Under the pieces are notes generated by a model, which was not told the DNA's origin, searched no databases, and saw nothing but the letters and a program-made list of their open reading frames with translations. 64,000 bases of DNA from Candidatus Enterousia sp. (GTDB lineage Bacteria; Pseudomonadota; Alphaproteobacteria; Rs-D84): contig JAZNBN010000020.1 in NCBI GenBank assembly GCA_045587125.1, positions 1,796 to 65,795 of the forward strand, in the 5' to 3' direction. Each line of letters begins with the position of its first letter. Position 1 is the first letter of the stretch. Both the position numbers and the translations under genes were made by a program. Positions 27,741 to 37,145 of the stretch are shown in pieces.

Positions 27741-27914
27741 ATCGTGGGGATTTTTTTTGTTTTCCAAACGATATTAACGTTTGGAAATTCCGTTTCCGTG
27801 CGTACCGCACGCCCGGAATGACAAATTGCACCGTTATTATGATAACGTTGCAATAAAAAATCGCCCCAAAAGGACGATTTTTTCGTTTCCCAAACGATAT
27901 TAACGTTTGGAAAA
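27741..27914. repeat. two direct copies of a composite element (terminator-like hairpin plus palindrome TTCCAAACG-N7-CGTTTGGAA), with a further hairpin between them
   Basis: Copy 1 is about 27741..27789 (aaaaaatccccatcgtggggattttttttgttttccaaacgatattaacgtttggaaa). Copy 2 is about 27855..27914 (aaaaaatcgccccaaaaggacgattttttcgtttcccaaacgatattaacgtttggaaa). Intervening palindrome ATTCCGtttcCGTGCGtacCGCACGccCGGAAT. Confidence 0.7.
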
Positions 27915-28385
27915 CTGTGTGGAACGACGAGCCTTGCGGTAACCATAGTGTTTACGTTCAACAACACGGCTATCGCGTGTCAAGAAGCCTGCGGACTTCA
28001 ATACAGCACGCAATTCTGGTTCAATTCTTTCCAATGCTTTGGAAATACCGTGTTTAACGGCACCCGCCTGACCTGACAAACCGCCGCCTTCTACCATGGC
28101 GATGATGTCGTATGCAGTTTCACGTTTTGTAACGGCAAATGGTTGTGCGATAATCATTTGTAATACAGCACGACGGAAGTATTCAGATGATGATTTGCCA
28201 TTTACAGTGATGTTGCCTTTGCCAGGAACCAAGTATACGCGTGCAACGGAATCTTTACGTTTACCAGTTGCGTATGTTGCGTTTGCCAATTTTGGTGTTG
28301 CAACAGTGGCTGCCTTGGCGGTTGTTTTTTTTGCAGGGGCAGCTTTTTTAACTGTCTTTGTTGTTGTTTTTTTTGCTTCTGCCAT
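27900..28385 (-). CDS. rpsI: 30S ribosomal protein S9 with N-terminal Lys/Ala/Thr-rich extension
   Basis: C-terminus ...[19 protein letters not shown] is an S9 signature. About 30 extra N-terminal residues ([25 protein letters not shown]). Confidence 0.9.
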   Translation of the reverse strand: MAEAKKTTTKTVKKAAPAKKTTAKAATVATPKLANATYATGKRKDSVARVYLVPGKGNITVNGKSSSEYFRRAVLQMIIAQPFAVTKRETAYDIIAMVEGGGLSGQAGAVKHGISKALERIEPELRAVLKSAGFLTRDSRVVERKHYGYRKARRSTQFSKR

Positions 28386-28388
28386 GAT

Positions 28389-28859
28389 TTAGCCCCTTTT
28401 GTTCTTGCGGTTCAAGCCTGCGAAATCAATAACTTCTGGTTTCTGGGCTTCGTGTTTATGTTCGCTGCCTGCGTAAACGTGCAGTTTTGTCAGACGTTGG
28501 TTTGCCAATGCAACCGCTGTGCGACGACCCATCATACGTTTAACAGCATTAAATACCAATTTTTCTGGTTTTTCGTCACGCATTTGACCCAATGTGCGTG
28601 ATTTTAAAGAACCTGTCCACAAAGAATGCCAAAAGAAATGGTCTTTTTCTGCTTTGTGACCAGACAATGCAACCTTGTCAGCATTGATGATGATTACATG
28701 ATCACCGCAATCCATGTTTGGTGTCCATGTTGGTTTGTGTTTCCCACGCAAGATGTTTGCAGTATATGCCGCCAAACGTCCCAGCGTGCAATCAGTTGCG
28801 TCAATCAGATACCATTTGGCATCCAATTCGCATTTTTTTAACGATTTTGTCGCTGCCAT
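28389..28859 (-). CDS. rplM: 50S ribosomal protein L13
   Basis: L13 motifs (KWYLIDA..LGRLA...LRGKHKP.WTP..D.GD.VI..NA). Confidence 0.9.
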   Translation of the reverse strand: MAATKSLKKCELDAKWYLIDATDCTLGRLAAYTANILRGKHKPTWTPNMDCGDHVIIINADKVALSGHKAEKDHFFWHSLWTGSLKSRTLGQMRDEKPEKLVFNAVKRMMGRRTAVALANQRLTKLHVYAGSEHKHEAQKPEVIDFAGLNRKNKRG

Positions 28860-28955
28860 TTTATTTTACCCTTGGTTTTATAAATTAAAGCGACGTTATT
28901 ATTACGCAAACCCGCATAAAAGTCAAGAAAAAACAATACGGTATTATTGTACCAT

Positions 28956-28987
28956 AGATGATAGAATAAAAAATCCCCTTGGGTGGG
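28956..28987. terminator. bidirectional rho-independent terminator separating the kinase/regulator operon from rplM-rpsI
   Basis: Hairpin ATCCCCttgggtGGGGAT flanked by A-run and T-run. Confidence 0.6.
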
Positions 28988-28994
28988 GATTTTT

Positions 28995-30275
28995 TTATAT
29001 CGGCAAAACAACCCTGACCTTTAAACCGCCCATATCGCTGTCTTCCAAGAATATTTGACCACCGTGGTTTTCAATCAGCGTTTGTGCAATAGATAATCCA
29101 AGACCTGTACCGCCTGTATCCGTGCCACGTGCATCGTCCAAACGTACAAATGGTCGCATTGCGTCTTTTTTGCGTTCATCTGGAATACCAGGGCCATCAT
29201 CTTCTATGATGATTTCAATCTGTTCAGATGTGTCATTTTCGGTTATTTTGATTTTCTTTTTGGCGTATCTGGCGGCGTTTTCAATTATATTACTGAATGC
29301 ACGTGCCAATGCCATTGGACGGGCGTAAAACTGTTTTGGGGTGTCCGGAAAGTTTGTTTCTATTTTTTTATCAGGTGCTGCATCACGTGCAATCCGTATC
29401 AACATAGGGGGTAATTCTGTGGCCTGCTCTATTTCTGGGGCTTCGCCACGTGCAAATGCCAGATATCCATTAATCATTTCTGTCATTCTGTCGATATCAT
29501 GTATTAAATCTGTGTTATTTGCAGTATCTGTTTCAATGGCCAACCGCATGCGGGTCAGTGGTGCTTTCAGGTCATGACTGACCGCGTTCAGCATATCTGT
29601 ACGTGTGCGATTATATCTGTCCAGACGTTCCTTCATTGTTATCATAGAGTTTGCAGCCTCACGGATTTCTTTGGATCCAGTTGGAACAAAACCAGGGGCA
29701 TCTAATCCGCGACCAAAACGACTGGCTGCACGTGCAATGCGACGAATACTGCGGGTGTGCATTATAATAAAAGGACTGATTAATATGGACACAAGTAAAA
29801 ATGAACCAATCAGCCAGATTAAGAATACTTCTGTACTGGTTGAATAAATTCTGTATAAAGATGTGCCAAATGTCGCGATTTTGTTATCTTTTGTTGGAAC
29901 ATCAATAAATACCAAACGTTTACCACGGTCCATGTAAATTTTTGCCGGTCTTTGCAGGCGTTTTGACAATTCATGTGCCAATTTCCCGGTTTCACGTGCA
30001 TGGTTGTCGTTATGTTTAGGTCTGTTTAATTCATTATTTATGCTGAAATTTACCTTGATTCCATCTGCGATTTGTTTCGCAGCATCTGTTTTGCCGGAAT
30101 CTATGAAATTGGTCATAGTTGTTATTTCGCCCGCCAATGTACGTGCCAAAGTATCATGTACGCGCGACCAGTGATTTCCAAAAAAAGCATTTGCAACAAT
30201 CACCTGGGTAATAACCAGTGGAATTAAAATCATTAAAATTGTTCGCCATAAAAAACTGCGTGGTATCAATCTCAT
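28995..30275 (-). CDS. sensor histidine kinase (EnvZ-like: 2 TM, HAMP, HisKA, HATPase_c)
   Basis: H-box (LNAVSHDLKAPLTRM), N-box (NIIENAARYA), G-boxes (DDGPGIP, GTGLGLSI). Overlaps the regulator gene by 4 nt. Confidence 0.8.
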   Translation of the reverse strand: MRLIPRSFLWRTILMILIPLVITQVIVANAFFGNHWSRVHDTLARTLAGEITTMTNFIDSGKTDAAKQIADGIKVNFSINNELNRPKHNDNHARETGKLAHELSKRLQRPAKIYMDRGKRLVFIDVPTKDNKIATFGTSLYRIYSTSTEVFLIWLIGSFLLVSILISPFIIMHTRSIRRIARAASRFGRGLDAPGFVPTGSKEIREAANSMITMKERLDRYNRTRTDMLNAVSHDLKAPLTRMRLAIETDTANNTDLIHDIDRMTEMINGYLAFARGEAPEIEQATELPPMLIRIARDAAPDKKIETNFPDTPKQFYARPMALARAFSNIIENAARYAKKKIKITENDTSEQIEIIIEDDGPGIPDERKKDAMRPFVRLDDARGTDTGGTGLGLSIAQTLIENHGGQIFLEDSDMGGLKVRVVLPI

Positions 30276-30931
30276 GCAATATCACCATTTTTGTTGTCGG
30301 GTGTGGAATTTAAATCAATCAATTTATATCCGTGGCCCCGTATTGTTACTATATCTATATTGGATAATACTATATTTAATTTCTGACGCAAGCGTTTTGC
30401 GACCATTGGTGCCGCAGATACAATATTGCCCACAGGATGTGTCAAAGATTGCAGTAATCTTTTTTCTTCGCCGGACAGTGTTAATAACCGTGATTCATCA
30501 GAATTTTTAACAAAGAATTCATTATCTATAAGTGCCAAACCATGCGGCATTTTGTTGTCAGACAGTGGACTGGATTTTATTATATTGTTTAATCGTAAAA
30601 TTAATTCACGTATTTGAAATGGTTTTGCCAGATAATCGTTCGCACCATTTGCCAACCCGTCAATAGTATTTTCTGCCCCTGTCATTGCGGTCAGCATTAA
30701 TACAGGTGTTTGATTCCCACTTGCACGGATTGTTTTTAAAAACGTTAATCCATCCATGCCAACCATCATTCTGTCCAGAATAATTGCATCAACCGATATG
30801 CGGTCCAGAACTTTAAATGCGTCTTCGGCAGATTTTGATGTAATGATATTAAAATTATCTGTGCGTAACCCTTTGGCCAAGGCGTTGCGTAAGATATCAT
30901 CATCGTCAATAATTAAAACAGTTCTTTTCAT
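30272..30931 (-). CDS. OmpR-family response regulator (receiver plus winged-helix)
   Basis: Receiver motifs (LIIDDD...ILDRMMVGMDG...LMLTA). C-terminal trans_reg_C-like segment (RGHGYKL). Start chosen at MKRTVLIIDDD inside ORF 30272..30961. Confidence 0.8.
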   Translation of the reverse strand: MKRTVLIIDDDDILRNALAKGLRTDNFNIITSKSAEDAFKVLDRISVDAIILDRMMVGMDGLTFLKTIRASGNQTPVLMLTAMTGAENTIDGLANGANDYLAKPFQIRELILRLNNIIKSSPLSDNKMPHGLALIDNEFFVKNSDESRLLTLSGEEKRLLQSLTHPVGNIVSAAPMVAKRLRQKLNIVLSNIDIVTIRGHGYKLIDLNSTPDNKNGDIA

Positions 30932-30991
30932 TGGCGTTATAGGTTGTTTGTCAGCAATCATTTGTTACGGACAATGAAATACTGACGGTGT

Positions 30992-31909
30992 TTATCTTCT
31001 TAATGGCTCAACAGCGTATTCGCCAGGTTGAATTGCTAGTGCGTTACCTTCTATGTCACCGTTGGCGACAGCACGGAATTGCATGCTGCCCGGTGCAAAT
31101 TCTGTTTTGAACAGTGCATAACCTGTGGCACCACCTGTTGTTGGTCCCTGCATCCCCAGCGAGTAATAACCACCCAGGATGCCGTAATCCAAGTCAATAT
31201 AATCAATGCTTAGTATCAGGGATATACTGCTGATACCATCACTGGTCATATTGCATGCAAATTCACGATTGGATAATAACGCTTCGGAATTTACAGGAAC
31301 AACAATATCCATAATTGTTGGTTCGCATTTGCGTTCAATACCGTTTACCAAGAAATCATATGTCATACCAACAGTCGCCTTGGATAATCCAGTAGTTAGA
31401 CTGACCTGAGAAATTGTGGCCTTGGGTATTTTGACCATTGCATTTGCGATGCCACTGCGTACCGGGAAAGAAAGCCCAGATTGCAGGCAATCACGTGAAA
31501 ATGGGTCTGCTTCACAGATAAATACACGAGAATGTGCATTCATCATGAACATATTAGACAGGCTGTTAAACAAGAATGTACGTGTTATTCTGTCATTCAG
31601 ACGTGTGCAACCAAAGTTACGGCATATAACCATTGGACGATTTGCAAACATGACCCCAGGATGCATGTCTGATTCCATCGTACGCATGTATTCTATGTTT
31701 TCATCATAGTTAAAACTGTCATCACGTTGCATAAATTCGTTTTCAGGAATAAAATTCGGATCATCCGGGTATGCATAATAAGATTGCACAGGTGTTTCTG
31801 TGTAAATTGTTTCATGTGTTGTGTACATCATCATGTCTTGGGCATATTGTCCGTACGCCGCAAAAGTGCACAAAACTGCGAAAATTGGTAAAAAAATCTT
31901 TTTATACAT
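30992..31909 (-). CDS. secreted protein of unknown function (about 305 aa)
   Basis: Signal peptide MYKKIFLPIFAVLCTFAAYGQ. Lies upstream of the two-component operon on the same strand. Confidence 0.5.
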   Translation of the reverse strand: MYKKIFLPIFAVLCTFAAYGQYAQDMMMYTTHETIYTETPVQSYYAYPDDPNFIPENEFMQRDDSFNYDENIEYMRTMESDMHPGVMFANRPMVICRNFGCTRLNDRITRTFLFNSLSNMFMMNAHSRVFICEADPFSRDCLQSGLSFPVRSGIANAMVKIPKATISQVSLTTGLSKATVGMTYDFLVNGIERKCEPTIMDIVVPVNSEALLSNREFACNMTSDGISSISLILSIDYIDLDYGILGGYYSLGMQGPTTGGATGYALFKTEFAPGSMQFRAVANGDIEGNALAIQPGEYAVEPLRR

Positions 31910-32044
31910 GGTATGACCTTTGGTTCTCTCGTACAAATCTTAGAACATTTTAGATAATTGTGTCAAAACAAAAATATTTTTATTGAAATTTATGTCTGGT
32001 TTGTTCTAACGTATGGGCATAAATAAGAAAAGAAAGGTGTTGTA

Positions 32045-32704
32045 ATGGTTGATATTGTAATATCTGGTGATGCTGGTAAATTACATGCGGTTTATCATAA
32101 ATCTGCCCAAGAGGCGGCTCCGTTGGCGGTTATATTGTCCGGCAACCCAAGACAAAAGTATCATATGAATGATCGTGTGTCGTATGCAATGTTTCGTGCA
32201 TTTATGGATATTGGTTTTTCTGTTGTTCGTTTTAACTATCGTGGTGTCGGGGATTCCGAAGGTACGATTGGGACAACTGCGGATAACATGTTAGATATCG
32301 CAACGGTTATTGATTGGATTCAAAATCATAATGAAGACAGTGATAAAATATGGTTGGCCGGGCATCAGTTGGGTTGTTGGTATGTATTACAGGCAATGAT
32401 GCGTAGACCAGAAGTGTCTGGATTTGCGTTGGTGTCACCTGATGCGTCTGTGTCTGATTATGCGTTTTTATCACCACGTCCAAATCGTGGGTTGTTGTTA
32501 CAGGGTGCAAATGAAACAGATGATGCACGTGCGTTCGCAACGCACTTAACCCAGATTTTGAAAAAACAGGCACAAATTGATTTGGAAACTATTCGTGTCA
32601 AAGGTGCAGATGCTTCGTACGGTCAACCCGCAGATTTGCGTCAAATGTATAATGATTTAAAGGCCTATGTTGGTCGTGAAAATGCAGAAGACAAGTTGTT
32701 ATAA
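32045..32704 (+). CDS. alpha/beta-hydrolase-fold protein with atypical nucleophile elbow (GHQLG instead of GxSxG)
   Basis: 219 aa. Motif RFNYRGVGDSEG typical of the small alpha/beta-hydrolase family. The position expected for the Ser nucleophile reads AGHQLGCW. Confidence 0.6.
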   Translation: MVDIVISGDAGKLHAVYHKSAQEAAPLAVILSGNPRQKYHMNDRVSYAMFRAFMDIGFSVVRFNYRGVGDSEGTIGTTADNMLDIATVIDWIQNHNEDSDKIWLAGHQLGCWYVLQAMMRRPEVSGFALVSPDASVSDYAFLSPRPNRGLLLQGANETDDARAFATHLTQILKKQAQIDLETIRVKGADASYGQPADLRQMYNDLKAYVGRENAEDKLL

Positions 32705-32707
32705 GTA

Positions 32708-33697
32708 ATGATGAACAAAGAACGTTTTTTAGATGCAAATATACCAGATGATATGGCGGCAACAATTCGTCCACGCAGTTTGTCTGATTTTATTGGACAT
32801 GACAGTTTGAAACAGAATTTGTCTGTGTTTATATCTGGTGCACGCAATCGTGGCGAATCGATGGACCATGTGTTGTTGTATGGTCCCCCAGGGTTGGGAA
32901 AAACAACGTTGGCACATATTGTTGCAAATGAATTGGGCACTAATTTCCGTGCAACGGCTGCACCAATGTTGACCAAGCAAGGTGATTTGGCAGCAATATT
33001 AACTGCGCTGGAACCAATGGATGTATTGTTCATAGATGAAATTCATCGTTTGCCGACTGCAATAGAAGAAGTATTGTATTCTGCAATGGAAGATTTTAAA
33101 TTGGATATCATGTTGGGCGAAGGGCCCAGTGCAAAAAGTGTGCGTATCGACCTGCCCCCGTTTACATTGGTGGGTGCAACAACGCGTACAGGGTTGCTAT
33201 CAAATCCATTGCGTGACAGGTTTGGTATTGATTTACGTTTAACATTCTATTCCCCCGAAGATTTGGCAAAAATTATTATGCGAAGTGCTAATATTTTGGG
33301 AACGCCGATTGATAATGATGGGGCACTGATGCTGGCAAAATCTGCACGTGGAACACCGCGTATTGCAAACAGATTATTAAAGCGTGCACGTGATTTTGCA
33401 GGGGCGTTGGGAAAAAATCAGATAACAGCCGATACAATTAAAACAACATTGGTACAATTGCATATTGATGAATGTGGATTGGACGAAATTGACCGTGAAT
33501 ATATGAATATGATTGTAAAGTTTTATGCAGGTGGTCCAGTTGGAATTGAAAATTTGGCGGCTGCACTGTCTGAGCCCAGTGATACAATTGAAGATGTTAT
33601 TGAACCTTATTTGATGCAGTTGGGCTTTGTTCAACGTACCCCACGTGGACGTGTTATTACCGATGCAGGTTATAAGCATTTAGGGCTGGAAAAATAA
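32708..33697 (+). CDS. ruvB: Holliday junction branch-migration ATPase RuvB
   Basis: Walker [12 protein letters not shown], Walker [11 protein letters not shown], sensor motifs, C-terminal winged helix. Confidence 0.9.
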   Translation: MMNKERFLDANIPDDMAATIRPRSLSDFIGHDSLKQNLSVFISGARNRGESMDHVLLYGPPGLGKTTLAHIVANELGTNFRATAAPMLTKQGDLAAILTALEPMDVLFIDEIHRLPTAIEEVLYSAMEDFKLDIMLGEGPSAKSVRIDLPPFTLVGATTRTGLLSNPLRDRFGIDLRLTFYSPEDLAKIIMRSANILGTPIDNDGALMLAKSARGTPRIANRLLKRARDFAGALGKNQITADTIKTTLVQLHIDECGLDEIDREYMNMIVKFYAGGPVGIENLAAALSEPSDTIEDVIEPYLMQLGFVQRTPRGRVITDAGYKHLGLEK

Positions 33698-33702
33698 TTA
33701 GC

Positions 33703-34311
33703 ATGGAAAATATTGTTGATTTCTTTGAAATTGCAGAAAAATTGGAATGCGAATATCGTCTGACACGAATGAGTGATGGTACGCCTCAATCGGTTGCGTC
33801 ACATTCGTGGAATATGGCGATGATGGCGATGGTCTTAAAACCATATCTGAAAAATCCAGTAAATATGGAACGTGTGTACGAATTGTGTTTGTTGCATGAT
33901 TTGCCTGAGGCAATTGCACACGACGTGCCACTGCATAAACAAACAGATGTTGTACGTGCACAAAAACATGTGAATGAATGTGCAGCAATTGGTCAGATTG
34001 TAGATTTGTTAAAAAGTGATGAAATTCGTACGCGATTCAATGAATATGATATACGCGAAAGCTATGAATCAAAACTGGTCAAGGCGTTGGATGTTCTGGA
34101 TACGGCGGTTCAACATATGTGTGCCAAAGATTTGTCGTATATTGGTGAATATGCAGATAATTTTTATTGGAAAATGTTTTTTAGCAATGATTTTGCCAAA
34201 ATGTTTGATTTTGAACCTGCTGTACGGGGTGTCTTTGATGTTATTAAACAGCGTGTCGCAGAAAGGTTGAAATGTGAGTTAGATATAGATGTGGGGGATT
34301 TTGTAAAATGA
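33703..34311 (+). CDS. HD-domain phosphohydrolase (YfbR-like 5'-deoxynucleotidase family)
   Basis: HD motif (HSWNMAMMAM...LLHDLPEAIAHDVP). Confidence 0.7.
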   Translation: MENIVDFFEIAEKLECEYRLTRMSDGTPQSVASHSWNMAMMAMVLKPYLKNPVNMERVYELCLLHDLPEAIAHDVPLHKQTDVVRAQKHVNECAAIGQIVDLLKSDEIRTRFNEYDIRESYESKLVKALDVLDTAVQHMCAKDLSYIGEYADNFYWKMFFSNDFAKMFDFEPAVRGVFDVIKQRVAERLKCELDIDVGDFVK

Positions 34312-34682
34312 AAGTACATAAATTTCCATTTACAATTGCATATGCCGATACAGATGCCGAAGGCATAGTTTATCATGCACGATATCTGGAAATTGCAGAG
34401 CGTGCCCGTATGAATTGGTTGCGGGGACATATGTTTAATGGTGATGATATTGGTTTTGTTGTACGTGAATTAAATATAAAATATTTACAACCACTTAGGG
34501 CGGCTGATGAGTGTGTGGTTGAAACGGTTTTAACGGATGTTGGAATGGCGTCTGTTCGTGTCGAACAAAAAGTTATGAAAGATAATCAAATTTGTGCTAT
34601 AATAAATCTTAAGGTTGCGTATTTGGGTGCAGATATGCGTCCAAAGCAGATACCACAGGATTTTATACAGCAGTTGGTGTAA
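34308..34682 (+). CDS. ybgC: Tol-Pal-associated acyl-CoA thioesterase (4HBT hot-dog fold)
   Basis: 124 aa with motif DTDAEGIVYHARYLE; position directly upstream of tolQ. Confidence 0.75.
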   Translation: MKVHKFPFTIAYADTDAEGIVYHARYLEIAERARMNWLRGHMFNGDDIGFVVRELNIKYLQPLRAADECVVETVLTDVGMASVRVEQKVMKDNQICAIINLKVAYLGADMRPKQIPQDFIQQLV

Positions 34683-34711
34683 AAAAAACAAAGCAAAAGG
34701 AAGGAAAAATC

Positions 34712-35200
34712 ATGGAAAATAATTTTTCATTATTAAATTTATTTATGAGTGATCTGATGACATTTATTGTGTCGGTTGTATTGGTGGTGTTTAGTGTGTT
34801 GTCGTGGACGATAATTGTTGAAAAAATTCGTTTGTGGCATATGGTAAAAAGAAATCCAATTATGGTTGCGGATACTGATAATCTGGATACAGTTGCAGAT
34901 GTAAAAGTGCGTCCTTTTGATAAAAATTTGTGGTTTTTGTCTATGGTGGCATATATTTCGCCTTTTATTGGTCTGTTTGGTACTGTGTGGGGCGTTATGG
35001 ATTCTTTTGCGTCAATTGGCGTAAATCAATCGGTCAGTATCGGTGTTATTGCACCAGGTTTGGCGGTGGCACTGGGTACAACTGCGTTGGGGTTAATTGC
35101 GGCAATACCTGCGGCAATCGCCCAGCAGATTTTTGCCAAAAAAGCAGATGATTTGTACGATAGATTGGTGGCCGAAGTTCGTAATAAAAAACGTTTCTAA
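34712..35200 (+). CDS. tolQ: TolQ (MotA/TolQ/ExbB proton-channel family), short form
   Basis: Three TM helices and conserved C-terminal helix pair (GLFGTVWGVM....APGLAVALGTTALGLIAAIPA). Preceded by AAGGAAGG ribosome-binding site. Confidence 0.75.
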   Translation: MENNFSLLNLFMSDLMTFIVSVVLVVFSVLSWTIIVEKIRLWHMVKRNPIMVADTDNLDTVADVKVRPFDKNLWFLSMVAYISPFIGLFGTVWGVMDSFASIGVNQSVSIGVIAPGLAVALGTTALGLIAAIPAAIAQQIFAKKADDLYDRLVAEVRNKKRF

Positions 35201-35220
35201 GATTAAAAGAGGTTCTAAGA

Positions 35221-35619
35221 ATGTCCAGATTCAGACGCAGACAATCAGATGGTGGGATTCAATTAACACCAATGATTGACGTTATGACAGTGTTGTTGGC
35301 TGTGTTTATGGTTACAACACCTATGATGACCACGGGTATTGATTTAGAGTTGCCGCGTGCGGGTGTGTCTGCGATGACGGGTGCAGATCATGCAATTCAG
35401 ATAAGTGTGGATTCCAAAGGGAATTATTATCTGGCGGATACGCAATTATCACGTGACGAAATTGTAAAACGTGCAATTGCAATGCGTGGCGAAAATCCGG
35501 CATTGACCATAATGATAAGTGGTGATGCACATGCTGATTATGGTGCGGTTATGTCTATGATGGGTAAATTAAAAGATTCAGGTTTTCAAAAGGTTGGATT
35601 GCGGACCCGGCCGGAGTAA
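35221..35619 (+). CDS. tolR: TolR (ExbD/TolR family)
   Basis: LTPMIDVMTVLLAVFMV TM helix; 132 aa. Confidence 0.8.
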   Translation: MSRFRRRQSDGGIQLTPMIDVMTVLLAVFMVTTPMMTTGIDLELPRAGVSAMTGADHAIQISVDSKGNYYLADTQLSRDEIVKRAIAMRGENPALTIMISGDAHADYGAVMSMMGKLKDSGFQKVGLRTRPE

Positions 35620-35622
35620 TAG

Positions 35623-36384
35623 ATGCAAAAAAAATGGTGGAAACAATTTTCGGCGGAAAATTTATTGATGTCTGTTTGTGGGCATTTGTTTTTGGTGGCG
35701 ATAATTGTTACTTCGGTGGCTTTTTTTGTGGAACGTACAAAATTGGTTGCACCAGACAGAATCCAAATTGTTGAAATTGATTTAGATGATGTTACTGTTT
35801 CCGGCAAAGAAACAAAACTGTATAATATTTCTGAGACCAAGGCGGAAAAACCAAAACCAGAACCAAAAAAAGAAGAAGTAAAACCAAAACCAGAACCAAA
35901 GGCAGAAGAACCTAAGAAAGAAATAGATGCAACATCTTTGGTAGAAGAAGAAAAGAAAGAAGAAAAAAAAGAAGAAGTGATTGAAAAAAAGCCTGAACAG
36001 AAACCAGAACCAACACCAAAGAAAAAGCGGGTTGTTCGGGTAAATCGTGAAGTTTTATCAATTGATAGAAAATTGACTGTATCTGTGGTTGATGCGTTAC
36101 GTGTTGCAATGACGCGTTGTTGGAATATTGATACAACGCGTCCTGATATCGCGGATATTCGGGCGGTTGCACATTTAACAATGTCAAGAAATGGAACCGT
36201 TCAAAGATTATGGTTTGAATCCGAGGCGTTGGCTGAAACAGATTCTGCATTTGCATATGTCTTAGACACCATACGTGAGGCGATTTCTGTATGTCAACCG
36301 TTTAAAATGTTGCCTGTTGATGAATATGAAGATTGGCGACAGATTCAATTGAATTTCTATCCGACCCAAGGCAAAGTTATGTAA
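35623..36384 (+). CDS. tolA: TolA-like protein (TM anchor, Lys/Glu/Pro-rich spacer, C-terminal TolA domain)
   Basis: Domain architecture and position after tolR. Confidence 0.65.
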   Translation: MQKKWWKQFSAENLLMSVCGHLFLVAIIVTSVAFFVERTKLVAPDRIQIVEIDLDDVTVSGKETKLYNISETKAEKPKPEPKKEEVKPKPEPKAEEPKKEIDATSLVEEEKKEEKKEEVIEKKPEQKPEPTPKKKRVVRVNREVLSIDRKLTVSVVDALRVAMTRCWNIDTTRPDIADIRAVAHLTMSRNGTVQRLWFESEALAETDSAFAYVLDTIREAISVCQPFKMLPVDEYEDWRQIQLNFYPTQGKVM

Positions 36385-36416
36385 AAAAATATGCACAATA
36401 TGTGCATATTTTTGTT
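36384..36416. terminator. bidirectional rho-independent terminator shared by tolA (+) and rnpB (-)
   Basis: Hairpin ATATGCACAatATGTGCATAT flanked by A-run and T-run. Confidence 0.65.
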
Positions 36417-36745
36417 TCAGATTCACATGTAAGCCGGGTTCTGTTCTGCCGTTCCCAGTATAATGATTTATACCAAATAACGGTAGTGGACATGATTAAT
36501 CTGCATATTGCATTACTGCATATGTCAAGCCTTCTACCCGCCCCCGATGCGGGACACATATATGGGGGCCTATTTGAAGTTGCTGCACGTAGAGATTGCC
36601 CGTTTCACCCGAATTTAATCGTATCGTCACTGTTGCTCTAATCGTCAGGTCACCCTGCCCGGTATATTAGCCGGTACGCTGTCCCGTGCAGCCCGGACTT
36701 TCCTCTGATTGCTCAGCCATGTCCCGTGCTTCTGATGTATGGTAT
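36408..36745 (-). ncRNA. rnpB: RNase P RNA (bacterial type A), boundaries approximate
   Basis: Reverse complement contains universally conserved P4 strands GAGGAAAGTCCGGGCTGCACGGGACAGCG (5' half) and ACAGAACCCGGCTTA (3' half) in the correct order. GC-rich compared with surroundings. Candidate promoter TTGAAA-N17-TATTAT on the minus strand near 36750..36781. Confidence 0.8.
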
Positions 36746-36786
36746 AATATCACGAATTTGTGTGATTTCAATATGTTTGTGTGGTA

Positions 36787-37002
36787 TTAGTGTTTTTCGC
36801 CCATATGTTTTGCTGAGGTTAATGCGTGCCGCAGTGCTTGTTCCGCAATTTTACGAATTTTTGGGGCAAATGTTCGCATGTTCATTGTATCAGCAACGGC
36901 TTTTCCAAAAATATGGGATATATATTCTATTTGTGTCGGTGCAATAACAAAAACTTCGCTGGTTATATCGTCTGTATTTAGTGTTTGTACTGGTTCGCGC
37001 AT
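36787..37002 (-). CDS. possible small protein (71 aa), unknown function
   Basis: ORF just upstream of the rnpB promoter on the same strand. No motif recognised; could be spurious. Confidence 0.3.
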   Translation of the reverse strand: MREPVQTLNTDDITSEVFVIAPTQIEYISHIFGKAVADTMNMRTFAPKIRKIAEQALRHALTSAKHMGEKH

Positions 37003-37091
37003 GATAATTATCTCCCGTTTTTATGCATATATGAATATTTTTGTGTTTTTTAGCACTTGTTTAATGTTACATTCATCATTATATCATAAAG

Positions 37092-37126
37092 TAACTTGAC
37101 CGCAAGTTACAAAATTGCTATAAATC
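37092..37126 (+). promoter_or_regulatory. candidate secA promoter (TTGACC-N18-TATAAA) overlapped by perfect 8-bp-arm palindrome GTAACTTG-accgc-AAGTTAC
   Basis: Sequence agtaacttgaccgcaagttacaaaattgctataaat lies about 30 nt upstream of the AAGGAAG ribosome-binding site and the secA start. Confidence 0.45.
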
Positions 37127-37145
37127 TTTTGATAAAAGTAAGGAA

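Noticed and set aside
27741-27914. CRISPR array
   Set aside because: There are only two repeat copies, the spacing is irregular and there are no cas genes. The same applies to the two-copy repeat at 63.4-63.7 kb.
27617-27967. 116-aa minus-strand ORF across the rpsI-tig spacer (contains [10 protein letters not shown] twice)
   Set aside because: The internal protein repeat simply mirrors the duplicated hairpin/palindrome DNA element, and the ORF overlaps the rpsI 3' end. It is not coding.
36726-36947. 73-aa plus-strand ORF antisense to the small minus-strand ORF upstream of rnpB
   Set aside because: Hydrophobic low-complexity translation with no start context; overlaps the rnpB promoter region.
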